Virus record (IMG/VR): IMGVR_UViG_3300034082_002865
Span: 6,094 to 70,093 of that record
Origin: a virus
DNA: 64,000 nt
Reading direction: 5' to 3' (one strand)
Both the position numbers and the translations under genes were made by a program. The notes below the pieces were generated by a model. That model saw nothing but the letters and a program-made list of their open reading frames with translations, did no database searches and had not been told where the DNA came from. Shown piece after piece: positions 47,888 through 57,413 of the stretch (positions are counted from its first letter, which is position 1; the number at the start of each line of letters is the position of its first letter).

Positions 47888-48612
47888 AAATCTGGATTTA
47901 CTATCACATATATCAAATTCCCGGATGGGAACAACTTGTTGATGAAAAAATTGCAATGATGAAGGAAGAAGGTCTATGGGATGCAGCGGCAAAGATTGTC
48001 TTGCAACTACACGCTGATCCAGACAATGCATTAAGATGGATGTTATCACGAAACGACATACTTAAAGATAAACGTGTTATTGTTAGACGCCATATTGAAA
48101 TGTTTGGCATCATTGGTGTTTATCCTAGTTTTGCACCTGTACATGAAACATATTCCATAAGAGAACTACACGACGATTGCAATCTTGAATTAGATAATGT
48201 TGCAGTGTTCCGTTACCATACTAAGGGTGCTACACACTTGGGTAAAGAAACTTGGCCAGTGGCCGACAAGTGGAACAGATATCTGGAATACTGGAATATT
48301 AAAAAGTGGCGAGTATGCTATGCAGCGTTGCAAGCAGGATTTGACAGTGCTAGTTGTAATTGGCATCACGGCTGCTGGAGCGGAAATATTTGGTGGGCTA
48401 CTAGCAAATGGATCAAGACAATTCCTGTACTCAAATGGCCACACGAAAACGGTATGCAACAACAGTTAGAAGGATTCAGTGTTAGACATGATGCCGAGCA
48501 TTGGATTGGATACACCGGGCCAAAGACATTGGAATTGCATCACTTTGAACATGCTGTGGACTATAGATGGTGTCCTGAACCAGGCTCTTACGAATTAAGT
48601 AATAAGGTATAA
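47884..48612 (+). CDS. Putative glycosyltransferase-like protein (YHTKG...SGNxWW family)
   Basis: IYYHI, RYHTKG, WSGNIWWA, RHDAEHWIG motifs. Confidence 0.45.
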   Translation: MKIWIYYHIYQIPGWEQLVDEKIAMMKEEGLWDAAAKIVLQLHADPDNALRWMLSRNDILKDKRVIVRRHIEMFGIIGVYPSFAPVHETYSIRELHDDCNLELDNVAVFRYHTKGATHLGKETWPVADKWNRYLEYWNIKKWRVCYAALQAGFDSASCNWHHGCWSGNIWWATSKWIKTIPVLKWPHENGMQQQLEGFSVRHDAEHWIGYTGPKTLELHHFEHAVDYRWCPEPGSYELSNKV

Positions 48613-48614
48613 AG

Positions 48615-48639
48615 AAAAAGCCCACTTAGTGGGCTTTTT
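48615..48639. terminator. Bidirectional intrinsic terminator
   Basis: AAAAA-GCCCAC-TTA-GTGGGC-TTTTT between convergent genes. Confidence 0.85.
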
Positions 48640-48657
48640 CGTGAGTGCATAAAGCTA

Positions 48658-51513
48658 TTAGGCCTGTGCTTCTGTCCAACTCATACGAGCCGTAACTGAG
48701 GCATTGGCTGCAAGTGGAACAACAGCAATAGTTAAGATATCTGGGCCATCCGGATATTTGTTAACATCAGTAGTCGGTGAAGTCAGTACACTGCCGCCAC
48801 CTAAAATACTGTTACCAATATCTCGCAGTTTTGACAAGTCCTGTGTGCTCACGCCAGCAGCAGGCGCAATGAACGTAAAGATAACCTCACCACTTGAAAT
48901 AACATGTGTATTTGCATGAAGTGCAAATTGTGCCAAACTAGAGCCTCCCACTGGACCAAACGTGCCGCCTGTAACTCTGGAATTTAACCATATCTCGACA
49001 CGAACCGCAGCAGTGGTTGTAAACACACCAGCAGCCACTGGTTGTAACTGCATACGATTAATCAACTCTCTCGCTCCCAGAATACCAGTTATACCAGAGT
49101 CAACTGAAGGTGCTAGTCGAATACTGAAAACTGGGTAACGTGTACCAGCTGTGGCGTAGGTAATGGGCGTATTCATACCAAAGTTAAACTGGATTGCCTT
49201 ATCATCATCATAACGTCCATCCATGATAACTGAACTACCCCAGTGACTGATAGTGTTGCTACATTGCGGACTAAAATACGTAATGCCAACCGGTGCAGTT
49301 GCACTAAAAGTAAAGGTCTGAGGAGTGGCATTGCCGCCGCCGCCAGTTAATCCTAGAGGACCGGTTAGGTTAACTCGAGCCCTAGTTAAACCAGTAAATG
49401 TTGTTGCAGTTTTACCGGTATAGGAAATATATTCGAGAGCCGCACCAGTGTTGCCACTTTGTGCTACTACCATTACTCCATCGTTTGGGAATCCAGCAGT
49501 GGTCACCACATTGATAGTACCCGTTTCACTATTGCTAATAGTGCTAGTAATCTTAGTGTAAGGAGCAATAGTATTAACTTCGTATCGGGCTGGCATGTTA
49601 CCAGAACGCATAAACGCTTCAGTTAAGTTGTTTGCGTGGGCAATTCTATGTGCAAAGATAAACTCGCCACGAGCATTCTTAACACCAAATCGGATTGCAC
49701 CTGCACCGTACCAACTGTAATCAAGCATCCACATTTGAATTTTAGTAATATCAAGTATAAAGCCACTTGCGCCAGTACCATCTAATTTGTCAATGTTGAA
49801 TTGACTTTGTGGAATTCTTAATGTGTCAGTACGACTGATAATACACTGAGTCGGTGCAGCAATAGCACCGCCTCTATATTCCGGATAAATGGTCATTGAA
49901 GTATTACTTTCAACACTGACAACAGTATAGCTCATTCCACGAATAACAACAAAGTCTCCAGGAGCTAGCTGTGCAGCCCATAGAGTATTAATTCCTGTAC
50001 AAATCTGACCAGCTGCTGCCAATGTACTAATATATCCAGACAGCTGGTATGTACTGGATCTACGACATACATTGATAGTTTGTCCATCATACTCCCAGAA
50101 GAATCCGTTCTGATTGTCAAACATACCTACTCGAATGTAGGCACCGTACCAAGAATTAGGTTGTACACTATATGTACCAGTAGCCGGAGTAGCACTAGGG
50201 GTGCCGCCAGCTGTATAGGTAAATGTCAAGTCTGTTGGAACTGATACGACTGTAAATGTTCCGTTATACGCTGTTTGATCAGCATTGGTAACTTTGATAG
50301 TTGCTCCAATCCATAGGTTATGGGGAAATTTACAAGTAACTGTAACTGTTGTACCACTTGCAGTCATATTGTCAGTAATGAACGGACTAGTCATACAACT
50401 ACCAGTTGAGAACATAATACCCTTACCAGATTGGTAACGGAAATATCGACGAGTCTGACGAATCAATTGGTTGCCATGATATGGTGCACCTGCGGTAAAG
50501 TTTACGCCGCCGTCAAACGGTCTGTGAATAGCATTACCCCAAGGACGGGCAAATAATGTAAGGGTAGCACCTGCGGCGGCAGTAATGGCGCCAACCGGAG
50601 CAACAGCTACATCAAAAGTAAACGTGTTGCTTGTTGGTGTTGTTTTGACAAACCAGGCCCCGCTCGGTGGGCCGCTAGTAGCTGCTGTAGTACCAACTAC
50701 ATATATCGCATCTCCCACTGACAAGCCGTGGTTGAAAGTTGTTGTACATGTTACCAATGTGCTTACGTTGGTAAAAGCAGCTCCCGAACTAGCACTAACA
50801 GTAATAGCACTACCCGAATAGAACACTCCAACGAACACATAAGTTTTAGTAGCATCAAAAATACTACCGCTAATAACGTTTGCTCTAGCAGTGTAGGTAA
50901 GAGTACCACTACCGACAGTAGCAGGCAGGTACCAACCATTGGCATTAGGATCGACAGAATCTTGAATGTAAATTGGTGTACTAACTGAGGGTGCAACACT
51001 CGGTGTACCACTCCAGTTAAGTGTAACTGTTCTAGTACCAGCTCCGCTGATGGCTGTTAAAGTGATAGCTGCGGTAGGGTCATAAAATGCACTAGGTCTA
51101 TTATTCAATAGACTGATAGTTTCCCATTTAGTTGGCTGTGTTCCGTATTCAAAGTCAGTGTCAATTAATGACTGCGGAGTACTGACTTTTAACTTTTGAT
51201 TAGCATCCATCAGGTATTCTGCAGGATAGAATGTTTCGTTTGTTTCGTCAACAATGATACTTAACTTGTCAGTATTGCTCATCGAGCCAGTGTTGTATGT
51301 TAATACAATTACAGTAGATTCTACGTTAGAAACTTGCGATGTAGTGTAACTGCTGGCAGTTAATGCACTATCTGCAAAATTGTAGATAACTGTATTGGTT
51401 GTGACGTTGGTAATCAATACCAACTGTTCTCGCCTTACTGTCCTGCCGGTAATAGTAATTGTTCTAGTACCAGCATTAAAAGCATAGGCTTCTAAAATTA
51501 CGTGTTTAGCCAT
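48658..51513 (-). CDS. Large virion structural protein
   Basis: PQSLIDTDFEYGTQPTKWE and RQTRRYFRYQSGKG motifs typical of large myophage structural proteins; Thr/Gly-rich beta repeats. Confidence 0.65.
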   Translation of the reverse strand: MAKHVILEAYAFNAGTRTITITGRTVRREQLVLITNVTTNTVIYNFADSALTASSYTTSQVSNVESTVIVLTYNTGSMSNTDKLSIIVDETNETFYPAEYLMDANQKLKVSTPQSLIDTDFEYGTQPTKWETISLLNNRPSAFYDPTAAITLTAISGAGTRTVTLNWSGTPSVAPSVSTPIYIQDSVDPNANGWYLPATVGSGTLTYTARANVISGSIFDATKTYVFVGVFYSGSAITVSASSGAAFTNVSTLVTCTTTFNHGLSVGDAIYVVGTTAATSGPPSGAWFVKTTPTSNTFTFDVAVAPVGAITAAAGATLTLFARPWGNAIHRPFDGGVNFTAGAPYHGNQLIRQTRRYFRYQSGKGIMFSTGSCMTSPFITDNMTASGTTVTVTCKFPHNLWIGATIKVTNADQTAYNGTFTVVSVPTDLTFTYTAGGTPSATPATGTYSVQPNSWYGAYIRVGMFDNQNGFFWEYDGQTINVCRRSSTYQLSGYISTLAAAGQICTGINTLWAAQLAPGDFVVIRGMSYTVVSVESNTSMTIYPEYRGGAIAAPTQCIISRTDTLRIPQSQFNIDKLDGTGASGFILDITKIQMWMLDYSWYGAGAIRFGVKNARGEFIFAHRIAHANNLTEAFMRSGNMPARYEVNTIAPYTKITSTISNSETGTINVVTTAGFPNDGVMVVAQSGNTGAALEYISYTGKTATTFTGLTRARVNLTGPLGLTGGGGNATPQTFTFSATAPVGITYFSPQCSNTISHWGSSVIMDGRYDDDKAIQFNFGMNTPITYATAGTRYPVFSIRLAPSVDSGITGILGARELINRMQLQPVAAGVFTTTAAVRVEIWLNSRVTGGTFGPVGGSSLAQFALHANTHVISSGEVIFTFIAPAAGVSTQDLSKLRDIGNSILGGGSVLTSPTTDVNKYPDGPDILTIAVVPLAANASVTARMSWTEAQA

Positions 51514-51529
51514 TTGAGTATTTTCCTAA

Positions 51530-51757
51530 TTATTCTGCACTTACATCGATCGGGCTACCAGTAACTGGCTTCATCCATTCGATTCCGTTACCTAGATCGT
51601 GTTTTAATGCAAAAACAATTTTGCCATTGTAATTCATTACCAATGGGTCATCGCCCGTCAATCGAGCGCATCTATCCATAGCTTCGTTCATTGTGATGCC
51701 CAAAACTTCATAGAAGTGCGTGTGATTTGGGAAAGCGTTATTTAATTCGTCAAACAT
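51530..51757 (-). CDS. Hypothetical protein (75 aa)
   Basis: GAGGA SD; TAAATA at 51791-51796. Confidence 0.6.
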   Translation of the reverse strand: MFDELNNAFPNHTHFYEVLGITMNEAMDRCARLTGDDPLVMNYNGKIVFALKHDLGNGIEWMKPVTGSPIDVSAE

Positions 51758-51797
51758 AGTTGTGTGTCCTCTAAAGTGGAAATTATAATTTATTTAG

Positions 51798-54700
51798 TTA
51801 ATTCCAAAACTGTATAGGTTCTTTTCTAGGCGCAGACACATCAATTATACCGTTACTGCCCTTCTTGAAATCACCTGTTTTGAGTATACGAATAACACCG
51901 TTCGATGCTCCTAACTGTATCTCGTGGATCCTATCAGCTTCTAGCTTAAATCTGTCCACAAATGTAATTAGGCGCACTAAATCAGTAGGTAGTCGAAGCT
52001 CAAACAGTTGTTTCCTTAACTGTGCCACATCAATATTGTCAGTTAGGCCCTTTAATTTTACGCTGTCTCGATTCAACATGCTGGTAAGATCAATGTTGAA
52101 ACTGTTTTCCGAAACGCTAGATCCAAATGCTGTGTTAATTACACCGTATTTGCGTCCCGGAGCCATCTCTGCATAGTATAAATTTTCTCTAGCACGATTC
52201 GACGGAACTGATGTTCTAACTTGCTCTCTTGGATACACTGCAATACTTGCACTGGCAATGGTTGCACTGGCAAATGCCGGTAATGCAAAGTTGTCAGCAG
52301 GTTTATTAAAAGTAACATAATTTAATCCAGCATCTATTACTGATGCAGTACTGTAGGCCGTATTCAAATTATTAGTAATTCTTACATAAGATCCTACCGG
52401 ATAAGGTATTTTATTAAGTTGCGGAGTAAAATAAACAGTTACTGGAGTTATATGCTCAACATGCTGAATAGTCATGTCACTAATTCCAGGAAAGTCAATA
52501 GGTTCTACAATAGTAATGCTGCCTGCATCGGCGGACAACACTGTAGCGTAAAAATTATAGCCGGTTGTATTACTCTTAATCCATACTCGATTTCCGGCAA
52601 CAAATGGCGATGTTATCCAAGACATTATTCTAAAATACAAGGTTAATGTCTCGCTCCCTACTGGAAGCAGTGTTAATACATCTCTCTCGTCAATGTACCA
52701 CAGTACAACATCGGTTGTAAATTGATTTGTTCTACCAGTCACTATGACTATTGGATCTGTTGAACCAATGATATCTAAGTATGGATCTGTTACTAGTCCT
52801 TCATTATCAAAAGTAGATAGTCTATCTGATTTTATTGTTGTATAATCTGGCGCAACTGCAAAACCTTGTTGATAGGTTAGGCTAGCTCTAAAGCCAGGTG
52901 CAATATTAAAATATCTATACCATGCTGCTGGACTATTAGGTACAGTTATAGCAGCATAGTTAGTTTGATCAAAATAATTATCAGTTATACCAGTGTCAAA
53001 AAATTGACTCACTGGATCCTTTAATCTACTGACCGCAGTTGTTTTACCAATAGTTAATTTACTGTCATCTGCTTTAACTTTGATAGCGGCTGCAAGTTTT
53101 CCCAGCGTATCAGGTAAGAAAAATACTGCCGAATATAATACAGAGAACTTAAATTTAGTAATGGCACCCGGATCAATTGTCTGGCGAACTTCTTTGAATT
53201 TGTTAATAGCCGATAATTTAGCAACATCCAATCTGTTTCCATCAGCTATAACTTTAGTGATCGAAACAGTTTTTCCAAATTCAGGTGTAAAGAACAATTG
53301 ATTATTAAGGAACTTAATAGGCTGAATAATACCAGGATTAATGTTGTACGCTTGATCTTTAACTGTCAGTGCAAATTGTAATCTTCCCTGTTGTACAATA
53401 CTATTGGTATCTCTTATCACAGCTATCTGTTTTGATAGTTGTGTTACTGTAGTAGTTCCAATAATATCTATTAATTTTGCAGCCGAACTAAGTTTTCCAA
53501 ATGACGGTGTAAAGAATAATTGATTATTAAAGAACCTAATAGGATTTTCAATTGCACCAAATTGATATAGATTAGCAATGTCGGATAATCTCAAGATAGG
53601 ATTATTAATTACTCCAGTGTTAACAATAGTATTAGTATCTTTAACTGTAAATGCAAATTGCAATTTTCCTTGTTGTACAATACTATTAGTATCTTTTATT
53701 ATAGCAATCTGTTTCGATAACTGATTTACAGTTATAATAATGTTTGTATCTTTTACAACAATAGCAGATTGCAATTTTCCAGATGTTGGAGTGTCAAACA
53801 TCTGTACTGTATTTGGTTTAACAGTAAATTGTGCAATCTTATCAGCAGATATTCTAGTGTTATCACTTCTTAATAAAGATACATTAACTGTCTTGCCAAC
53901 ATTAATAATAACTCTATCTTCTTTTAATACCTGTATTGGTTTAACCAACAGTTCAACTGACAACCCTTCGTAGCCAGCAGTCAATTTAGCAATCTGTTTA
54001 GCCAAGTTACCTAACCCGGGCGTAAAGAATATCTGATTTGTATCAAATCTAAATTTAATTGGCTGTATTACACCTGGATACAGTGTGGCAACTCTATCTC
54101 CCCTTACAGTAGACACACTAGCTGTTTTTCCAATCTGTAGTCTTACGGTATCTCCACTAACTTTATTTGCTGCACGTAATTTTCCAACAGCCGTTATACC
54201 ACTTCTATCCGATCTCAATGATTGAATCTGTTTAGATAAGTTTGCAGATCTAACAATTGTGTTATCTGTTGCAAAAGTGTTACCATAAGAATATGTGCGA
54301 TTATTTAGATAACCAGGCGTCATATTGAAATAGTATAAATTCTCTCTTGAGTTAGTTGGCCGCGTTGTTGTCTTAACATATCGTTGTGGATAAACACTAA
54401 ACTCTGCGGTTTCAATTGTTGCATTTGACCCTGTTGGGAAATCATCCGGATCAAGTATTGTTACACTAAAATTGGTTCCGGTTATAACTGAAAATACTCT
54501 ATTATAATTTATTGATGCATCTCTAATTCTAATTGGTGAACTAGAGGGATAGACAGTAGTAATTTGTGAAGGGAAGTAGATAGTTTTAACAATTGATGTT
54601 GAACTAGATTTAGTAAGGATATCACTTTCATTAGTATACCAATCAACGACTGCATACTGAACTTCTGTATTCTGCCCTACTATAGGTAATAAAAAATCTC

Positions 54701-57353
54701 CCGGTATTATGCTATCCTGGAATGTTTCCATTCTATTTACAAATGTCGAGGATGAGACTACTGTTGGAATTCCTTTTACTCTAATCGATGCTGTTAGTTT
54801 ATCTACTGTCAACGATGTAGGAGTTGTTTTTAATCTAGTAACTGAGGATACTTTTGGAACTGCTGTATCAACAGTATTAGAGACAAATGCAATACCACGA
54901 CTAACAGTAGAATTATATCTATAACCTTGTGCTAGATTAAAATAGTATAAATTCTCTCTTGCGTTAGTTGGACGAGTTGTTGTCTTGACATACTGTTGTT
55001 GATAAACTGTAGATTCAGCTTTTTCAATTGTTGTATTTGATCCTGCTGGGAAATCATCTGGATCAAGTATTGTTACACTATAATTAGTACCTGTTATAAC
55101 TGAAAATGTTCTATCGTAATTTATCGATGTGTTTTTAATTCTAATTGTTGAACTAGAAGCATAAACAGTAGCTCCCTGTATTGGAAAGTAGATAGTTTTA
55201 ACAATTGATGTTGCACTAGATGCAGCAAGAGTGTCACTTTCATTGGTATACCAACTAACGACTGCGTACTGAACTTCTGAATTCTGTCCCGTTATAGGAA
55301 GTATAAAGTCACCCGGTAGTCTGCTATCTTGGAATGTTTCCATTCTGTTAATATGTTGAGACAGATCGATAGTATCATTTCCAATAGCTTTATCAATTTC
55401 ATATACAACCGCTCTGCCGGGAATTAATGGTCTATATTCACTGTAGAATAAGTTTGTTCTTGGTAATTCTATATTCTCAATTGGTAGTTGTACATGTCCT
55501 ATATCTTGTACAACTTTTTCTTTTGGATAATAGAAAGGACTGGCATCTTGTATAGTAGTACCACCAAGATAGTTATTAGGAAACTCCGGAGCTAAAGTCA
55601 CTAAGATATTATTTAGGTTTGACTCCAGTACCATTGTTACTTCACTGTATCCAGTAAATGTATTAGAAACTTTTACATACGAACCAAGTGGGAATTGAGT
55701 TCTTTGAATGCTGTTAGTCTGTGCAGGATTAAAATATAGATATCCAGGATACGGGAACACATAAGTTGATGCAGTAAATGAGTAGTCGTTTATATAATCG
55801 CCAACTGAGTCAAAGGGTTTAATGTTATCAGTTCCGGATACCCCTACAGTTGGACCTACGTATACTCCTTGATTATCAAACGATTCTAATCTGTAGATAT
55901 TTTCAAATTGCGGTGCACCAATAAATCCGCCTGGCAAGAACACAGTGTCTATAGTCAACACTGTCCCAAATAGATATTCATAACTTAATTTATAAATTCC
56001 GCTAGGCCATGCACTAGCATATGCAGGGCTAAGGAAACCAGTAGCAGTTGTAAAACTCTGAACTACGTTTGGCAGTCTGTTGGGTGCAATTTCTCTTGGT
56101 CGAATAACTGAAGTAACTTTTCCAGGTTGATAATTTATCAACGGTGTTTTTATTCTGTTAATTACATTAACTTTTCCAGTATTAGGTATATTAAACTGTT
56201 GGAAATTTCTATCAGTCGTGTAAGATACACCTCTAGTATTAGGAGCATAGGTTACTGCAAACAAGTTTTTACGAGGAATATCAAATACTTCAGTTGCTTT
56301 ATTAAAATCAGTAAATGATGTATATACACTACTTTGAGGAAATACAGCAGGATTTGGATTAGTTAATAATGCTCCATTATAGGGAATTGTTGCAGTTGTG
56401 TTGATTGTAACAGTACTTGTTGTAAAAGAAGTTACTGTAAAATTTTGTCTATATACCGGTGCATTGTTTGATACCGTAACTACGTCTCCAACGTTATAAG
56501 GTCGACTTGCAAAATCACCAGTTATCTCTAATACATTATTTCCAGTCCTGCCAGAATATGTTAAGAAATTGCTGTCGAATATATATTCGTTCACTATATT
56601 CCATTTAACTTTACTCTGTCCATTAATAATAATAGAATCAAAGTTCTTCGTCGGATCACTAAATGTAGATAGTCTTGTAATTCCGTAGGATTGTTTGACA
56701 ACAGACGCTACTCCCAATGCAGCAAAACTAACGTCTAATGTTGAGTTATATCCTGTGGCTGTATTACCAATCTCTACCTGTGGGGCTGCGATGTTTACTG
56801 AACCCGGACTACCGGATGCTATTGTCCAAAGTGGGTAAAATGCAATTTCAGATGTAAAAGGATTAGTCGTGAAGCTAAAACTAATTTTGGTGTAGGTTGA
56901 AGTTGTTTGATTATAGTAACTAGTAGGCGATACGATCGTTGAAGAGTTTGTAAGATCATATATCCCGTAAGACATATTAGTAGCAGAGCCTCTTTTGGCA
57001 AAGAAACTGGCAGTATATGCAGTATTGCTGGACACTGTCAGTACTTGTCCAATGTAGGCAGAACCGGTGTTGGTAATTATTAAGTTATCGCCGTAGCCGT
57101 TGGCCAACACATATAAATCATTAAACGGTAATGTATCTGTATCGTTGATATACCAATCAGCGATATTATAATTGCCCGTTGTAGGACCGTCAGCAGAACC
57201 TTTAATCCAAGAAGATTTAGTTAAGTCATTACTATTTCTCAGCAGATTAACAAACGTGCCTCCGCTACTGGACAGAATGTCAAAACCCAGTAAGGTATCT
57301 GGAAATCGTTGACCGTTTGCACAACCTGGTGCGGGGAATACTAATGCTGGCAT
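51798..57353 (-). CDS. Large (1851 aa) repetitive virion protein
   Basis: N-terminal carbohydrate-binding-like module (NLLRNS..YTASFFAK..PQVEIG); recurring WY..E.D.L and (R)ENLYY...PG motifs; TAAATA-N5-ATG. Confidence 0.6.
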   Translation of the reverse strand: MPALVFPAPGCANGQRFPDTLLGFDILSSSGGTFVNLLRNSNDLTKSSWIKGSADGPTTGNYNIADWYINDTDTLPFNDLYVLANGYGDNLIITNTGSAYIGQVLTVSSNTAYTASFFAKRGSATNMSYGIYDLTNSSTIVSPTSYYNQTTSTYTKISFSFTTNPFTSEIAFYPLWTIASGSPGSVNIAAPQVEIGNTATGYNSTLDVSFAALGVASVVKQSYGITRLSTFSDPTKNFDSIIINGQSKVKWNIVNEYIFDSNFLTYSGRTGNNVLEITGDFASRPYNVGDVVTVSNNAPVYRQNFTVTSFTTSTVTINTTATIPYNGALLTNPNPAVFPQSSVYTSFTDFNKATEVFDIPRKNLFAVTYAPNTRGVSYTTDRNFQQFNIPNTGKVNVINRIKTPLINYQPGKVTSVIRPREIAPNRLPNVVQSFTTATGFLSPAYASAWPSGIYKLSYEYLFGTVLTIDTVFLPGGFIGAPQFENIYRLESFDNQGVYVGPTVGVSGTDNIKPFDSVGDYINDYSFTASTYVFPYPGYLYFNPAQTNSIQRTQFPLGSYVKVSNTFTGYSEVTMVLESNLNNILVTLAPEFPNNYLGGTTIQDASPFYYPKEKVVQDIGHVQLPIENIELPRTNLFYSEYRPLIPGRAVVYEIDKAIGNDTIDLSQHINRMETFQDSRLPGDFILPITGQNSEVQYAVVSWYTNESDTLAASSATSIVKTIYFPIQGATVYASSSTIRIKNTSINYDRTFSVITGTNYSVTILDPDDFPAGSNTTIEKAESTVYQQQYVKTTTRPTNARENLYYFNLAQGYRYNSTVSRGIAFVSNTVDTAVPKVSSVTRLKTTPTSLTVDKLTASIRVKGIPTVVSSSTFVNRMETFQDSIIPGDFLLPIVGQNTEVQYAVVDWYTNESDILTKSSSTSIVKTIYFPSQITTVYPSSSPIRIRDASINYNRVFSVITGTNFSVTILDPDDFPTGSNATIETAEFSVYPQRYVKTTTRPTNSRENLYYFNMTPGYLNNRTYSYGNTFATDNTIVRSANLSKQIQSLRSDRSGITAVGKLRAANKVSGDTVRLQIGKTASVSTVRGDRVATLYPGVIQPIKFRFDTNQIFFTPGLGNLAKQIAKLTAGYEGLSVELLVKPIQVLKEDRVIINVGKTVNVSLLRSDNTRISADKIAQFTVKPNTVQMFDTPTSGKLQSAIVVKDTNIIITVNQLSKQIAIIKDTNSIVQQGKLQFAFTVKDTNTIVNTGVINNPILRLSDIANLYQFGAIENPIRFFNNQLFFTPSFGKLSSAAKLIDIIGTTTVTQLSKQIAVIRDTNSIVQQGRLQFALTVKDQAYNINPGIIQPIKFLNNQLFFTPEFGKTVSITKVIADGNRLDVAKLSAINKFKEVRQTIDPGAITKFKFSVLYSAVFFLPDTLGKLAAAIKVKADDSKLTIGKTTAVSRLKDPVSQFFDTGITDNYFDQTNYAAITVPNSPAAWYRYFNIAPGFRASLTYQQGFAVAPDYTTIKSDRLSTFDNEGLVTDPYLDIIGSTDPIVIVTGRTNQFTTDVVLWYIDERDVLTLLPVGSETLTLYFRIMSWITSPFVAGNRVWIKSNTTGYNFYATVLSADAGSITIVEPIDFPGISDMTIQHVEHITPVTVYFTPQLNKIPYPVGSYVRITNNLNTAYSTASVIDAGLNYVTFNKPADNFALPAFASATIASASIAVYPREQVRTSVPSNRARENLYYAEMAPGRKYGVINTAFGSSVSENSFNIDLTSMLNRDSVKLKGLTDNIDVAQLRKQLFELRLPTDLVRLITFVDRFKLEADRIHEIQLGASNGVIRILKTGDFKKGSNGIIDVSAPRKEPIQFWN

Positions 57354-57358
57354 GGCAG

Positions 57359-57364
57359 TATTTA
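57359..57364 (-). promoter_or_regulatory. Putative late promoter TAAATA, 5 nt before ATG
   Basis: TAAATA-CTGCC-ATG(57353), immediately after a terminator. Confidence 0.6.
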
Positions 57365-57367
57365 CTC

Positions 57368-57400
57368 AAAAAAATAGCTGCCCGGAGGCAGCTATTTTTT
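57368..57400 (-). terminator. Intrinsic terminator
   Basis: ATAGCTGCC-loop-GGCAGCTAT flanked by A7 and T tracts, downstream of 57414-60320. Confidence 0.85.
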
Positions 57401-57413
57401 AAGTTGCTTTTAA

